Shown here: positions 47,130-59,000 of the stretch, in pieces | Position numbering within the stretch: the first letter of the stretch is position 1 | Layout: each line of letters begins with the position of its first letter | DNA from: Cladosporium halotolerans | Taxonomy: Eukaryota | NCBI RefSeq assembly: GCF_011745625.1 | Contig: NW_027191454.1 | Span: 372,001 to 436,000, forward strand | Length of the DNA stretch: 64,000 bases | Reading direction: 5' to 3' | Program-made: the position numbers and the translations under genes | Notes under the pieces: model-generated | The model's database searches: none | Seen by the model: only the letters and a program-made list of their open reading frames with translations | What the model was told of the DNA's origin: nothing

Positions 47130-48164
47130 TGGGGTGGTTTTTTGTTTTTGTACTGGAGGTTCGTTTCGAGCTGGTCGGGGTTATAGGTGGGTGGGGGGGA
47201 TAGGAGCGTGGCGGGAGAGTTGTGGTGCTGTGGGTTGGTGGTAGCGGTGGGTGGGAGCTATCTCGAAGTAGCTGCGGCCGACAATCGCCGGGGCGTGTAT
47301 TAGGGACGTCGTTGGAGGATGCGAGTACAATTAGATCGATTAAGGGGAAATGTCAAGACGACGCTCGCTCGCTCGCTCGTCGTCGTCGCGCGATAGCAGA
47401 GCACAAGCAAGCAGGTGAAGCTGGGATGGCCGGCTGGCTATCGGCAAGCTCTCTCGCGCCTCGCCCCCGGTCGTCACGACATGCTTCCAAGGCCCAAGCC
47501 ACGCGATGACGGCCCGCGCTCGGACGCTTTCGTTGCGGCTGCGCGCTTGCTTGACGATTGGGCCTCGGCCGTTGAGCGAACGTCATTGCATTGGTGTTTG
47601 ACTTGAGACGCTTTGTGTACTTGTGTACTTCGAGACTACTGCGATACGTGTACGTACAGTCTTCAGATGGCAGTTTGAAATTTCGCTATATTCTCAACAT
47701 CTCTGTGCAGTAGAGAACAGCATATAGCGAGGAGGTACCGTATGTACAGTTCGAAACCCATCCCGACACCCAGCTCCTTTTTATCGCATGACTGGTTTCC
47801 CCATGTTGCAACCGAACCAGCCCTCCCTCCCAAGTCCTGACATTGGAAAAGTTACTCCCTCTCTTTGTAAAAGCAAAAACGATGAAACCCCCGAGCCGCC
47901 CTGATAACCCTGCTACTCTTCTGTGGAGCGGGATATGCCGATGTTGCAAAAATGCTCCGCCAGCGCCAACGCTAAATCAAATAAAAATCAAAGCTTCAAA
48001 ACGAAATCGGTGTGTAACGCCGTTTGAAGGCCGGTGTTTTGTACAAGTGGACCAAAGGTGCAAAGGTAGAAGATGGTGTGAAGATCGTCGAAAAGTCGTA
48101 AAAGCTGTTGCTGGCCAATGGGCGTCAACTTGAGTTGAAGCTTGCCAACGAGTTAAAAGACCGC

Positions 48165-50693
48165 TCACTGCGGTGTCCTTCTGGCAGGTGGTGTTGTGGA
48201 ATTGCGCAGCGGAGAGCTAACAGATACTGCAGATTCTGCAGGACCCCGCTCAGCATGCGCTTCAGTATTGCCGCTTCTTTCTACCAGCGAGTGAGCAGGC
48301 GGTGTGGTTGTCATTGTTCTCAGCGGCGAACGTCTCGGCGCGGGCACGATGATCGTACCGCCAGAGTCTGCGGAAGGGCTGATGTCGTCAGCTCGAGGTG
48401 GCGGATCATGCTGTCTGGAGAAACTGCCGCGCGAGATTGGAGCGGGCCTACGAGGCGTTGGTATCGTACTTGGGGATGCGGATGCACCGCCTGCTCTCAG
48501 ATCGTCCACGCGTGGGCTGGCAGAATCGCGGCTTGCCGCTTCTGCAGCGGGCATGCTGTTCTGTGTGAGAGTCGTGGAATTGCTGATATCAGCCTGAGTG
48601 GGCTCATCTCCAGAGGGGAGTGCGCCGGCGGCTGCGGGGCTATCACGTTGACGATGCTGCCGCGATTGCTGTTGCTGCTGTTGTATCAGAACCTCTGGGC
48701 TCCACGTGCGATTGCTCCCGCGGGGCTGTGCAGGGATGATGGTGACAGGCATATCGGCATCTTGACCTCTTCCAGAATTGCGGTCCCGGAAACGTTCGCC
48801 GGTTTCTGCGGCAAGAACGCCCAATCTATTCTTGATGTCCCACTTCGAGAAATTGTGTGCCGGGGTCATAGTACGAGGCAACCCGGCTTCAGCTTTGTCT
48901 CGTGCTTTTTGCACTTCAGCCGGAGGCGATGCTCGCTTACGTTTGAAGGGATTCGAGACAGAGTGCCACCTGCCATGCTGGCTGCGGTCACGGGTGGGGT
49001 GAGGATCGTCTGCGGATTCATCGTCCTCCTCTTTCTCCGGGTCTTTCAGCGTCGAGGCCCTATGATCCCCGTTGTCAATTACGTTCCCTTCCGCATCGAC
49101 ATTCCGCCGAATAGGCTGAGGGGCATTGCCTCCGTCGTCGTATCGCACGACGTACACGGTGCTTGCGGCGCTCGTGGTCTCCGTTCGGCTTACTGGGCTA
49201 GCGACGGCAGGTGGCGGTGTAATTCCATTGTCTCGGTTTCGCTGGCCTCGTCGCCTGGGGAGACGTCCGAAAGTTATTGTGCCGCTGCCAGCAGTGCCAG
49301 TATGGCTGCTATCTGTGGGTGCTTCGGTTTGGTGACTGCGTGCTCGACCAAGCGGAAAATGCTTGGGTGCGGGTGCCACAGGTTTTCGAAATCGAGCGCC
49401 GAATCCATGTAGACCTTTCTCCATCGCGCTGGTGTGGTCGCCTCCATTGTGATCGTCGTCTCCGCCGCCACGGCGGCCTCCATTTCGTAATTTCGCCAGA
49501 CCTCGTCGTCCAGAATTCCAGACTAGTTCGTTGCTAGGTGTGATGTCCAGCATTTCGTCGCCATCGAAGATTTCCCGGCCCAAAATTCCATCTTTCTTGT
49601 CGTCGCTTTCTATGGCTTCTATTCGTTCGACCCATTCCCAAACAATGACACTGGCAGCTGCAGCTCCAACCCAGCGGAAATAGTCGCCCCAGCCTGCAAC
49701 ATCCGAATTTGAGACGTCGGTGACGAAGAAAACGACCGGCGTAAGGACCGCCACAAATGACAGTAGCGCTATTAACGTTATACTCCGCATTTTCGGGTGG
49801 TAGAAGGCGTATCGTCGTTTCGTCAGGGAGTAGTAGATAACCCAAGCAGCGTAGAGTAAGCCGAGCGCCAGTTCAAACAAATAGGACAGAGCGGGTATCG
49901 CGTCCACAAAGTTCCGAGGTCTGACAGTGCCGAGGGTCATGTTGATGTAGAAAGAGTTTAGACATGAAAATGTCGTGTCGCAAACGATCAGCGCGAAACC
50001 GATCCACTTGATTAGGACCTTTTCCTTGTGTCGTGGAAAGAGTCGTATCAGTGTCTGTACTTGAGCCAGCCAGAGGAAGATGTCTGAGATGACGCGCGTG
50101 ATCCTGATTTCCATAGAGCCCATGACGTCCTGCCGCATGGTATTGGCATCCATAAAGCCCCGTTCGTATTGTCTTTCCAGAGATTTGAAGGTGTCCGCGG
50201 TCGCGATGGTGAGAGAAACGGCCACGGTGAAAGCGGCCACTTTCTGCAGCCAGGGCCGCGAGCCGACTCCGAGTGTACTGCCTCCACCGTTCGCGCCTCC
50301 AATAATACCATGCTTGCCACCGAGGCCGGGTTGCGACACTGGGCTGCCGAAGAAACTCGTCCGAGGGGTGATGATAAGCATGAAGACCAGGATCCACGCG
50401 ATCACCGTCGCCGCGGCGATCACGTATGTCTGAGGTGTGGTTGAGGCGTAGAAGGGGTCTTTCCAGTCCGCGATCACGCTCGAATATCCTTCGTTGTAGT
50501 CGCCAGCGCCGCCGGTGCACGCCGGCTGGAAGACGACACTGGTGGTGAGGGTTATGACACTGTCGGCCATGGAGATGACGCCGTTGGCGGGCAGGGGAAA
50601 GGGCGTGCAGAAGGGCGTCGACGAGGGCGCGGCCGAGGTGGGAGGATTCCATAGTTGGCGCTTCGAGGGCGCATAGCCGGGAGAGGGTGACAT
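48165..50693 (-). CDS. palH: ambient pH sensor PalH/Rim21 (7-TM plus long disordered tail)
   Basis: DPFYAST, RPWLQK, FLWLAQVQTLIRLFPRHKEK and VWEWVERIE..KDGILGREIFD; likely start MSPSPG at 50693. Confidence 0.93.
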   Translation of the reverse strand: MSPSPGYAPSKRQLWNPPTSAAPSSTPFCTPFPLPANGVISMADSVITLTTSVVFQPACTGGAGDYNEGYSSVIADWKDPFYASTTPQTYVIAAATVIAWILVFMLIITPRTSFFGSPVSQPGLGGKHGIIGGANGGGSTLGVGSRPWLQKVAAFTVAVSLTIATADTFKSLERQYERGFMDANTMRQDVMGSMEIRITRVISDIFLWLAQVQTLIRLFPRHKEKVLIKWIGFALIVCDTTFSCLNSFYINMTLGTVRPRNFVDAIPALSYLFELALGLLYAAWVIYYSLTKRRYAFYHPKMRSITLIALLSFVAVLTPVVFFVTDVSNSDVAGWGDYFRWVGAAAASVIVWEWVERIEAIESDDKKDGILGREIFDGDEMLDITPSNELVWNSGRRGLAKLRNGGRRGGGDDDHNGGDHTSAMEKGLHGFGARFRKPVAPAPKHFPLGRARSHQTEAPTDSSHTGTAGSGTITFGRLPRRRGQRNRDNGITPPPAVASPVSRTETTSAASTVYVVRYDDGGNAPQPIRRNVDAEGNVIDNGDHRASTLKDPEKEEDDESADDPHPTRDRSQHGRWHSVSNPFKRKRASPPAEVQKARDKAEAGLPRTMTPAHNFSKWDIKNRLGVLAAETGERFRDRNSGRGQDADMPVTIIPAQPRGSNRTWSPEVLIQQQQQQSRQHRQRDSPAAAGALPSGDEPTQADISNSTTLTQNSMPAAEAASRDSASPRVDDLRAGGASASPSTIPTPRRPAPISRGSFSRQHDPPPRADDISPSADSGGTIIVPAPRRSPLRTMTTTPPAHSLVERSGNTEAHAERGPAESAVSVSSPLRNSTTPPARRTPQ

Positions 50694-51678
50694 GGCATCT
50701 GAAGTCGCCGTCTGGTGGCGGGCGCGCTCGAGGGTGTGTGGGCGCCGTCGGGCAGGCGCAGCGATCAGGGCGGGCGCATACGAGACGGTCGCATGTGTCG
50801 AGACGGAGGGCGATGAGGGTGTCGACGCGTGTGGCCAGGCAGATGCTAGCGTGCGGAGTGGTTGCGGGTGCGGGCGCGGTGTTGAGCAGGACGGCGGAGA
50901 CACTTGGGGTGGCCTGGCGGTGGTGTGGGCTCGGGCGGTGCGAGGCGTCGAGCGGCGTGAGGCAAGCGGCGCTCAGACGCAGTCGCTGCGGGCGCAGGCG
51001 ATCCTTGGATGGCGGTGCCAAGTCCAGCTGGCAGCCCGCTAAGATGGTGCCTCAGGTGCTTACAGGCTGGGGGGTCGCCTTGGCCGGTCGGGGGCGGGCA
51101 GGGAGGGCAGGGATGGCACGGCTGCCTCTCTGCGGACGTTGTTGCGTGCTGGCGAGTGTTGCGCAACCATCCTGCTGCGACGGCAGCCTGGCCTGGCGAG
51201 TGTTTCGTCCGGAGCGGTTGGCCTCAGGCGCGCGCACATCCCTTCCGCCCCGGGCGCAGGCTTCAGCGGGCGGGAGTCTAAGCGAAAGAAGCAGCGCTGG
51301 TGCCCACGTGCGGCCATCCCCTCCTCCCTCCGACTCCCGCCGGTCGCTCGCCGGCCAGACTCACGAATGCAGCTGTCCAGCGACACGGCTCGAGCGCGCC
51401 TTTCCTTCCCCGCAAGCTCGCCCGCAGGCTAACAAACTTCCGCGGCTGCCTGCCTCTTTCGGTCCACGGGATATCAGATGCGGCCTTACCTACCTAGGTT
51501 CTCAGATCATCCAGCTCGACATCACATTATTCAGCCGTACTGACGTGATCACGTATCGCTCCATATACTGCGCCTTACATACATTCGACAAGCTAAATCG
51601 ATTCCATACACAATCCTACAAAAACCATGATTCCCACTTACCATCTGGTCTATCATCAAGTAAAATAATCAAACCGCC

Positions 51679-52743
51679 ATGGCCAGCTCCAACCTCAAGA
51701 CCTTGCATCCGTGGCTTCAGGAGAACGACACCAAGTTGTCGTCGGGCGGCACACTCAAAAGCTACAGCCACGACAATGGTTCCGACCCCATCTTCTGCAT
51801 CGTCCATGGCTATCCCCAGTCGAGCTATATGTAAATACAGACCTGTCCAACCCCCCAAAACCACATCCACCAACGCTAACACCGACATCCCAGGTGGCGC
51901 CACGTAAGAACCCCAATCCCGAACACCCACCACAACCACTAAACCTCCCGTCCCCACCAGGTCCTCCCAGCCTGGAAACCCCACGCCTCCCTCTTCATCC
52001 CCGAACTCCCCGGCTACGGCCTCAGCTCCCTCCCCCCGGACCCCTCCAAGCGCGCCATCGCCCACCAAATCCTCTCCGCCCTGCAAACCGTCCTCCCCAC
52101 CTCCCCCGCCCGCCCCATCTACTGGATCGCGCACGACCGCGGCGCCCGCATCGGCCACCGCCTGCTCACCTCCCCCTCACCGCCCCCCAACCTCCGCGCC
52201 GCAGTCCTCATGGACATCGTCCCCACGCTGGCCCAGTGGCGCGCCTTCGCCAACCCCGCCGCCGCGACCGCCTACTTCCACTGGCCCTTCCTCGCGACCG
52301 CCAGCGCGCCGGACGCCATCGAGGGCATGGGCGGCGCCGCTTTCTGCCGCATGATCCTGGCCCGCGGACGCGGCGGCAACGCGCTCGGCGCGCAGAGGAT
52401 CGACGCGGACGACGCGTACGCGCACTATGCGTCTATCTTTGACGGGCGGGATGCGATTCGCGGCAGCTGCGCGGATTACGCCGAGGGCAGCGTGCCGGAG
52501 TGCGAGGCGCAGGAGGCGGAGCAGAGGGCTGGGAGGAAGGTTGGGTTGCCGGTGCTGGTGGTTTATTCGGAGGGGTCGTTGGGGCGGATGCATGATGTCG
52601 AGGGCGTTTGGAGGGAGTGGGTTGAGGAGGGAAAGGTGGAGTTACTTGGGGTGGGGAACGGGCATGGGCATTATTTGCCGGAGAGCGCGGACGGGGTTGT
52701 TGCGGAGGGGGTGCTTGGTTTTGTGAGGAAGCATAGTGGATAG
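51679..52743 (+). CDS. alpha/beta hydrolase, fluoroacetate dehalogenase / epoxide hydrolase family; exons 51679-51830, 51894-51903, 51961-52743
   Basis: Spliced product has HGYPQ..MWRH, PELPGYG, HDRGAR, MDIVPT, YFHWPF, CADY and GHYLPE. Confidence 0.88.
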
Positions 52744-52892
52744 GGGGCAGAGGAGCTGGGAAGAGGCGCTTCACGATGAATTACGATTAACGTTGTCTTT
52801 GTACAAAGTCCACGCCGCGCGATGCGTATGACGAGCGCGCTGGAATAAAAAAAAATCAAACCACCTCTCCAAGGGTATAAGGTACCATCCCC

Positions 52893-54617
52893 TCAAATCT
52901 TCGAAACATACCCCGTGTCGCAAACCGGCGCCGCCCACCCCACACTCCACCTCACGCTCCCCATGATAACCACAACCAACGCACACCCACACGCCAGACT
53001 CGCCAGCGCATACGCATACGCGCTCCGCATCCTCAACCCCCTGATCTCCGCCACCCACGTGCTGACCGTCGTCAAGCACCCGCAGAACCCGTCCTGCACG
53101 CCCTGCAGCACCTGGCACCCCACCAGCCCGCCGCCCACCATGCCGTTGACGCCGACGCCCACGTGCTGGATGTCGTAGCACATGGCCTCGATGGCGACGC
53201 CGAACATGTTCGCCGCGAACGTGCCGAGCGGGAACGAGGGCACGAGGGCGTTGAGTTTGTTGGACGCGTAGAAGCGTAGCAGGCAGCCGGCGGGCGCGAA
53301 GAGGATGGGGAAGACGGCGACGCCGCGCCAGGTTTCGGCGGCGCTGCCGCTGCTGGTGGTGCGGTCTGGGGGGAAGATGGCGAGGAAGAGCGCGCCGAGC
53401 CAGCAGCCGAAGCCGAGCAGGACCATGGCTGGGTCGAGGATGCGGCGCGTGAAGCGCGAGGGGATGCGGGGTGTTATGGGGTTGAGGGCGAGGGCGACGT
53501 GGGCGCCGACGATGAGGGAGCCGAGGGAGAGGGCGAGGGTGGCCAGGATTATGGCCAGGATGGCGGCGAGGGAGTAGCCGCCGTTGCGGGAGACTGTGGC
53601 GGTTGTGGTGATGGTGCCTGTGGAGGGGTGGTTGACGGGTGCAGGGAGGTCGTTGGAGAGGGCAAGGAAGACGTCGCGCATGAAGGAGCTGAATGATGTG
53701 AAGGATCCGCAGAAGCCGGTGGCCAGGCCGACGTAGAGAGGGATCGTCTTTTTGACTTTTGCACGTTCGGCGGCGGCCACGCCTTCACCTGCCCCAGGGT
53801 CTTCTCCTTCGTGTTTCTTCTCCGTTTGTGGTCGTCGTCTTGGCTCCCACTCATCTCTAAACATCTGCCTGTCCTCTGCGAGAAAGCCCATAAGAAAGGA
53901 ACCGCCGACGTTTGCCCATATTACGGGAGTCACCACGGGGGTCCCAGGGTAGAATGCAATCCATTGAACACCAAGGCGCGCTAGAGTGCCGAATATCGAA
54001 AAGAAAATCAGATGCGACACAGTGTACAGAAGCGACAGCCAGTCTGCAGGACGCGCGGGCAATGGCTCCTTGTGCAGATAGTCCGCGGCTGAACGCGACG
54101 CAAAGGGTAAAGGCGATTCCTGTGGCTCTCTTTCAGGCTCGCCGGGTAGCAGATTCTGTCGCTGTGCGGATTCAAGGTCGGTATTTCCAGGTTGTGATGC
54201 CACAGGCGGAGGAACAACGTTCTCCGTCAGATTCTGGCCTTGCGCGGCCTGTCCATTGCCACCGCTCTGCCTCTGAAAGGAAGCGTTTCGACTGAAGTTG
54301 GGGACATCTCGTCTGTTCGGAGTGCTTGAGCCGCCAGAGCCATTGTTGTACAACTTGGGAATTGGTGGTAGCGCTGTTGTATCCTGGGTGAGCCTCCAGG
54401 AACTCGTCTTGGGTTCCTGGTAACTTGCGCGCAGAGGTCGGGCCTTCACAGTCGATTCGCTTGCAATGCTTTCAGAAGGCGAGCGCCGCTGCTCAAAATT
54501 GCTGTGTCGTCTCGGAATAGTCTCAGCAACCCAAACGCCTTCGGAGACGCCATTGTCCGGATCATGGACCAAGCTCCGGGCCTCCAATCCAGGAAATGAG
54601 CGCTCACGCCTCTCCAT
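52893..54617 (-). CDS. FEX1: FEX-type fluoride exporter (two Fluc/CrcB domains)
   Basis: IFGTLARLG, ANVGGSFLMG, GFCGSFTSFSSF, LLRFY, GTFAANMFG and GFCGCLTTVSTW. Confidence 0.92.
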   Translation of the reverse strand: MERRERSFPGLEARSLVHDPDNGVSEGVWVAETIPRRHSNFEQRRSPSESIASESTVKARPLRASYQEPKTSSWRLTQDTTALPPIPKLYNNGSGGSSTPNRRDVPNFSRNASFQRQSGGNGQAAQGQNLTENVVPPPVASQPGNTDLESAQRQNLLPGEPEREPQESPLPFASRSAADYLHKEPLPARPADWLSLLYTVSHLIFFSIFGTLARLGVQWIAFYPGTPVVTPVIWANVGGSFLMGFLAEDRQMFRDEWEPRRRPQTEKKHEGEDPGAGEGVAAAERAKVKKTIPLYVGLATGFCGSFTSFSSFMRDVFLALSNDLPAPVNHPSTGTITTTATVSRNGGYSLAAILAIILATLALSLGSLIVGAHVALALNPITPRIPSRFTRRILDPAMVLLGFGCWLGALFLAIFPPDRTTSSGSAAETWRGVAVFPILFAPAGCLLRFYASNKLNALVPSFPLGTFAANMFGVAIEAMCYDIQHVGVGVNGMVGGGLVGCQVLQGVQDGFCGCLTTVSTWVAEIRGLRMRSAYAYALASLACGCALVVVIMGSVRWSVGWAAPVCDTGYVSKI

Positions 54618-55086
54618 CGTCGCAGTCGTCGTCGCTAGTCGCAGAACAACATGGCGGGCCTGACACGCGTATGCAGGGCTGGGCTTCAGGTGTGTTGAAG
54701 AAGTCTATGACACGCGACGGACCGGACTGGAAAGGGATGATCATGGTGGTGTGCCGGACTACTGGCCGTTGGAACGTTTCTCTAGCCTTTTGCTCCGCCG
54801 AAAGTCGATTCCGGGTCCGGCGCGCCCAAACAAACCGGTGGCTGAAGACGAAGCCGATCTGCAAGGCGCTGCACGGTTCGTTCCGGAGCCCGCCGCAGCC
54901 AACCCCACTCGTCATGCTCACATGCGTCGCCTATCTGGCGCATGTGCACCTTATCAGGGCAAACATTATTGATGCGACGTTGGCCTCCACGTAGCAACAA
55001 ACTGAGAGTCACGTTTGTGGTTTAAAAGCGTCCTACCTTCGATCATCCAAAGTTTAGCAACAACCAACACTGTAACTGTCGTTATC

Positions 55087-55850
55087 ATGGCCACCTCCGT
55101 CTCCAATGTCCACGTATCTAAACACCCATGCCTCCGGGCGAAGCTGAGCCTCTTGCGCTCCAAAGCCACCAATGCGAGAGATACCAAGCAGCTTGTGCAT
55201 GAGATCGCCACCATTGTCGGCTGCGAAGCTCTAGCTCAGGGACTCAAGACCACCGAGACGGGCAAGGTACGCATCCTTGTGTTTATCCGCAGCAATGTTG
55301 TCACCTCCCCATGTCCAGCCTTACTGATATCGTGTTGCTTATTCAATAGAGCGTGACACCTCTCGGATATGAATACACAACAGAAAGCATAGGCCCCGGC
55401 TCAGTTTGCCTGGTCCCCATCCTCCGCTCCGGTCTCTCCATGGTCGACGCCTTACAGTCTCTCCTCCCAGAGCCCGTCCCCATCCACCACCTGGGCATGT
55501 ACCGGGAGAAGACGACGCTGGACCCCGTGGAGTACTACAACAACCTACCCTATCACAAAGCCGGCGACCAGTCCAAAATCCCCGAGCTGGCCATCGTCGT
55601 GGATCCGATCATCGCGACGGGTTCGACCGTGTGCGCGGCGATAGAGACGCTACGGGACTGGGGCGTGCCTCGGATTATCGCGATTTCTGTGCTGGCGAGT
55701 GAGGGTGGTCTGCAGAAGGCTGCTGCTGCTTGGCCTGAGGGGGTGGACCTGTGGGTTGGGGCTGTTGATGCTGGGACGGATGATAATGGCATGATTAAGC
55801 CTGGCGTGGGCGACATTGGTGATAGGCTGTTCTTGACTGTCGGGAAATGA
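55087..55850 (+). CDS. uracil phosphoribosyltransferase; intron 55267-55349
   Basis: HPCLRAKLSLLRS, LVPILRSGLSM, PRPP-binding VDPIIATGST and GMIKPGVGDIGDRLF. Confidence 0.93.
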
Positions 55851-56092
55851 ATGGACCAGCAGTTTTCAACGCATTATGATGGGTCCAACGTTGGATATTC
55901 TGAGCATGTAGACTCGAGTATGAAATCACTTGGAACCACTGGATGATTGTCAGGAGCTCATGATATGGCTCATGACAGCTTCGAAGTCAAAATATCTCCC
56001 ATCGGATGCCCGGTTCTATGCAGTTTCCTCTATCTTAATTGCCGAAAATCTCTATGTCCAGAATCTGACTCTCAAGATCGGCACCTCTTCCT

Positions 56093-59000
56093 TCATCGAT
56101 CCAATCCATCCAACTCAACAAGCTTTTTGACCGCACCCACAATATCACTCCCACCCAAATCAAAGCCAGGCTCATCAACCTTCCTCGCCAACAAATCATC
56201 AAGCATCATCCTCAGCCTGCTCACAAGCACACCAATCCTCGCCCATCCCCTCAACCTCACCCACCCATCGACAACCAAGCCCCTGCCCTGCGGGTCGATT
56301 CCAATCGGCCCACCAAACATCAGCAAGCTGTACACATTGAACGGCGTCAGATCCCTAATGAAAACCTTGCTCGTCGCCATCTTTGTGAAATACGACATGT
56401 ACACGCTGTTGCCCGGGAAGCTCTGCGCGCCAAACAGCGTGGAGCTGGGGTGGATGAAGACACGGCCGTTTTCCTCGTTGAAGAACTTGATCGTGCGGGC
56501 TTCCGGGTCGAGCTCGACGGCGCCGGACGACGAGGCCGCGTACTTCTTGTCCGGGAAGTCGATGCGCGCGAGCTGCGGCTGGAAGGAGCCGGCGACGAGC
56601 GCGCGCAGGAGCGTATCGTTGGCGTTGTGGCGGTTGTAGGGTTCGGAGGCGGGTGAGCTGGGGTGATAGGTGGAGGGCAGGAAGCCGGTCTCTTTCAGGC
56701 TTGAGGAGTATTGTGTGCGGTTGGTGGAAATGTCCATGAGTGTTTGGTGGTTAAGGAAGACGCTGTCGCACCAGCGCCGGAGTGAGGATGTGGGCTCGCC
56801 GGAGGCGCGGCGGGAGGACCATTCTTCGTACGCTCGCAGGTCGCAGATGAGGTCGCCTAGGCCGCCGCCGAAGGCTGACCTGGCTGCTTTTGACTCATCG
56901 CGTTTGGCCTGCGGACTATTGAATGGACTCTTCACTGTCAGGACAGCGGCAATGGTCAGGCATGCTTCAAGGCAGCCGAAGGCTGCACCGTATACCATGA
57001 GCTTGCCACAACGCAAATCAGCAGGGATCATGGACAGGTGTCGACCCAGGGCCGTCAGCTCAGCATCGTCGAGAGCACCCATACGACCAAGCAAGCGCAA
57101 AGCTCCGTCGACCGCGAGGCTCTCTGGGGGTGTGAGTGCGGACGCGAGGAACGCAGGTACATCTGCCACGCCCATAGCTTTTACAGACAGACACAGCTGC
57201 TCGAGCGGCACTCTCCTGATCTCAGGCTCCGGCCTCTCGTCCATTTTCACTTCCTGACTGCGAGTGAAGAGCTTGTAGCACGTTCCCGCGCGTACTCTGC
57301 CAGCACGACCGCGGCGCTGCTTGCACGCTGCACGAGAGGCCCACACTTCCGCAAGCTTCACCATGTTGTTGGCTGGGTCGAAACTGGTTTCCTTCACCCT
57401 GCCTGTGTCGATGACAGCTACGATGTCGTCAATGGTGATAGATGTTTCCGCAACATTGGTCGCTGCGATGACCTTTCGGAGGCCATGCGGCGGTTTCTGA
57501 AAGACTCTGCGTTGCTCCGAGCTCTGCATCGAAGCATGCAGCGGGAGAGCGTGTAGTCCTGGTAAGTCACGTAAGGCCCGCAAAGTCTGATCAATCTCTG
57601 CCACACCGGGCAGGAAGATGAGGATGCCGCCGTCTTCGTTGCCGAGGCCCTGGTCGATAACATGGACTGTTTGTGCCAGCAAATCGTAGTTTATCCTGGT
57701 TCCAACTGCCCTGAGTGCAGTAGTGATGGTCTTGGTATCAGGCTTCCCGCCCGTCCTCGGGTCATTATCCATGACGGAATCGACAACCGACCCTGCCTCA
57801 TCATCCGCACTCATGCCGCCAAAGCCAGTTGCCTGGAGGATCTCGTCCAAGTACACGTCCGTTACAGGGTGTGTCCGGCCTTCGATCTCGACCTTGCCAA
57901 CAGAAGCCATGCCCTTGAAGTACGACTCGAAAGTCGCCGAGTCGAGCGTGGCACTCATGAGGACCAGTTTCAGATCTTTCCTCTTCTTCAGCACATCCCT
58001 GATGAGCACAAGCAAGAAATCCGTATCCAAGCTGCGTTCGTGAACTTCGTCAATCACAACGTGACTCACATCAGCCAAGCTGCGCAAGACATCGTCTGCA
58101 CTTCCACCTGATGTCTGCAGCCTTCGGAGCAACACGCCAGTGGTCACGAAGCAAATCTTCGTCATTCCTGCCTTCTGTTTTGACTCGCCACGAATGGCGT
58201 AACCGACTTCATCGCCAACCCTCACGCATCGCTCATCTGCTACTCTGTCCGCCAACCCTAGCGCGCTAATACGCCTGGGCTGCGTGCAGATGATGTTCGC
58301 TTGCTCGCCGAAGCAGCGTTTGATGAGATCATCGAGAATAAACTGCACGCTCTGAGTCGACTTTCCTGATCCAGTTTCACCGGAGATGATAGTGACTTGG
58401 TTCTTGGTAACAGCATCCACGATCTTCTCTTGCAGTTTCCACGCAGGGAGATTTTGACGGGTTTGCAGCATCTTCTTTTGCTCCGGCAAGTTTTGTCTCG
58501 CAGACCACTCTGCCAGGATGTTCTGGCTGCCTTGCGTATTGGGAGTCCACGCGATTGGCCTTGGGTGCCTGCGGGGCTTTGACGAAGCTGGTCGGCTTGT
58601 CGAGGATTCGACGAGTGTTGTTGCAGCACTGGCAATGTCGCTCAGCCGCCCAGGCTGCTCGATGATGGCGGGTATTTCATTTTCGAGCCAATCCGCGATG
58701 TTGAACAGCATCTGCTCACCAAGCAAAGACTCCTGACAGTGGACCAGGCATTGCCTCAAGATGCTCAGCTTGATGTAAGCAGGGAGCTCTGACTCTATGG
58801 ACAGAATGGGAACGGCGTTCGGATAGCCTTTGGTTGGAGGACGAGCGCGCAACGTGATGGGCTTCTTGGACGGCGTTTGCAGTTCGAGTACGAGGGTGCA
58901 TACTCTTTCGATCTTCGTGAATTTCTCGCCGAAGATCGCAGCCAGTGTCTCAAGCTCTTCATCCCAGACCTCGAAATCGGCTGGCGTTGGTTTTTGAGCC

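Noticed and set aside
45921..47186. Long plus-strand ORFs antisense to MVP1 (similar cases at 16501-17580 and 48108-49412)
   Set aside because: Low-complexity translations caused by high GC and skew opposite well-supported genes.
47363..47390. (GCTC)n/(GTC)n short tandem repeat
   Set aside because: Ordinary short microsatellite in a promoter region.
50687..51907. 406-aa ORF across the palH/hydrolase intergenic region (and 49873-51021 on the minus strand)
   Set aside because: Arg/Ala/Gly-rich product of stop-poor GC-rich DNA; overlaps real genes out of frame.
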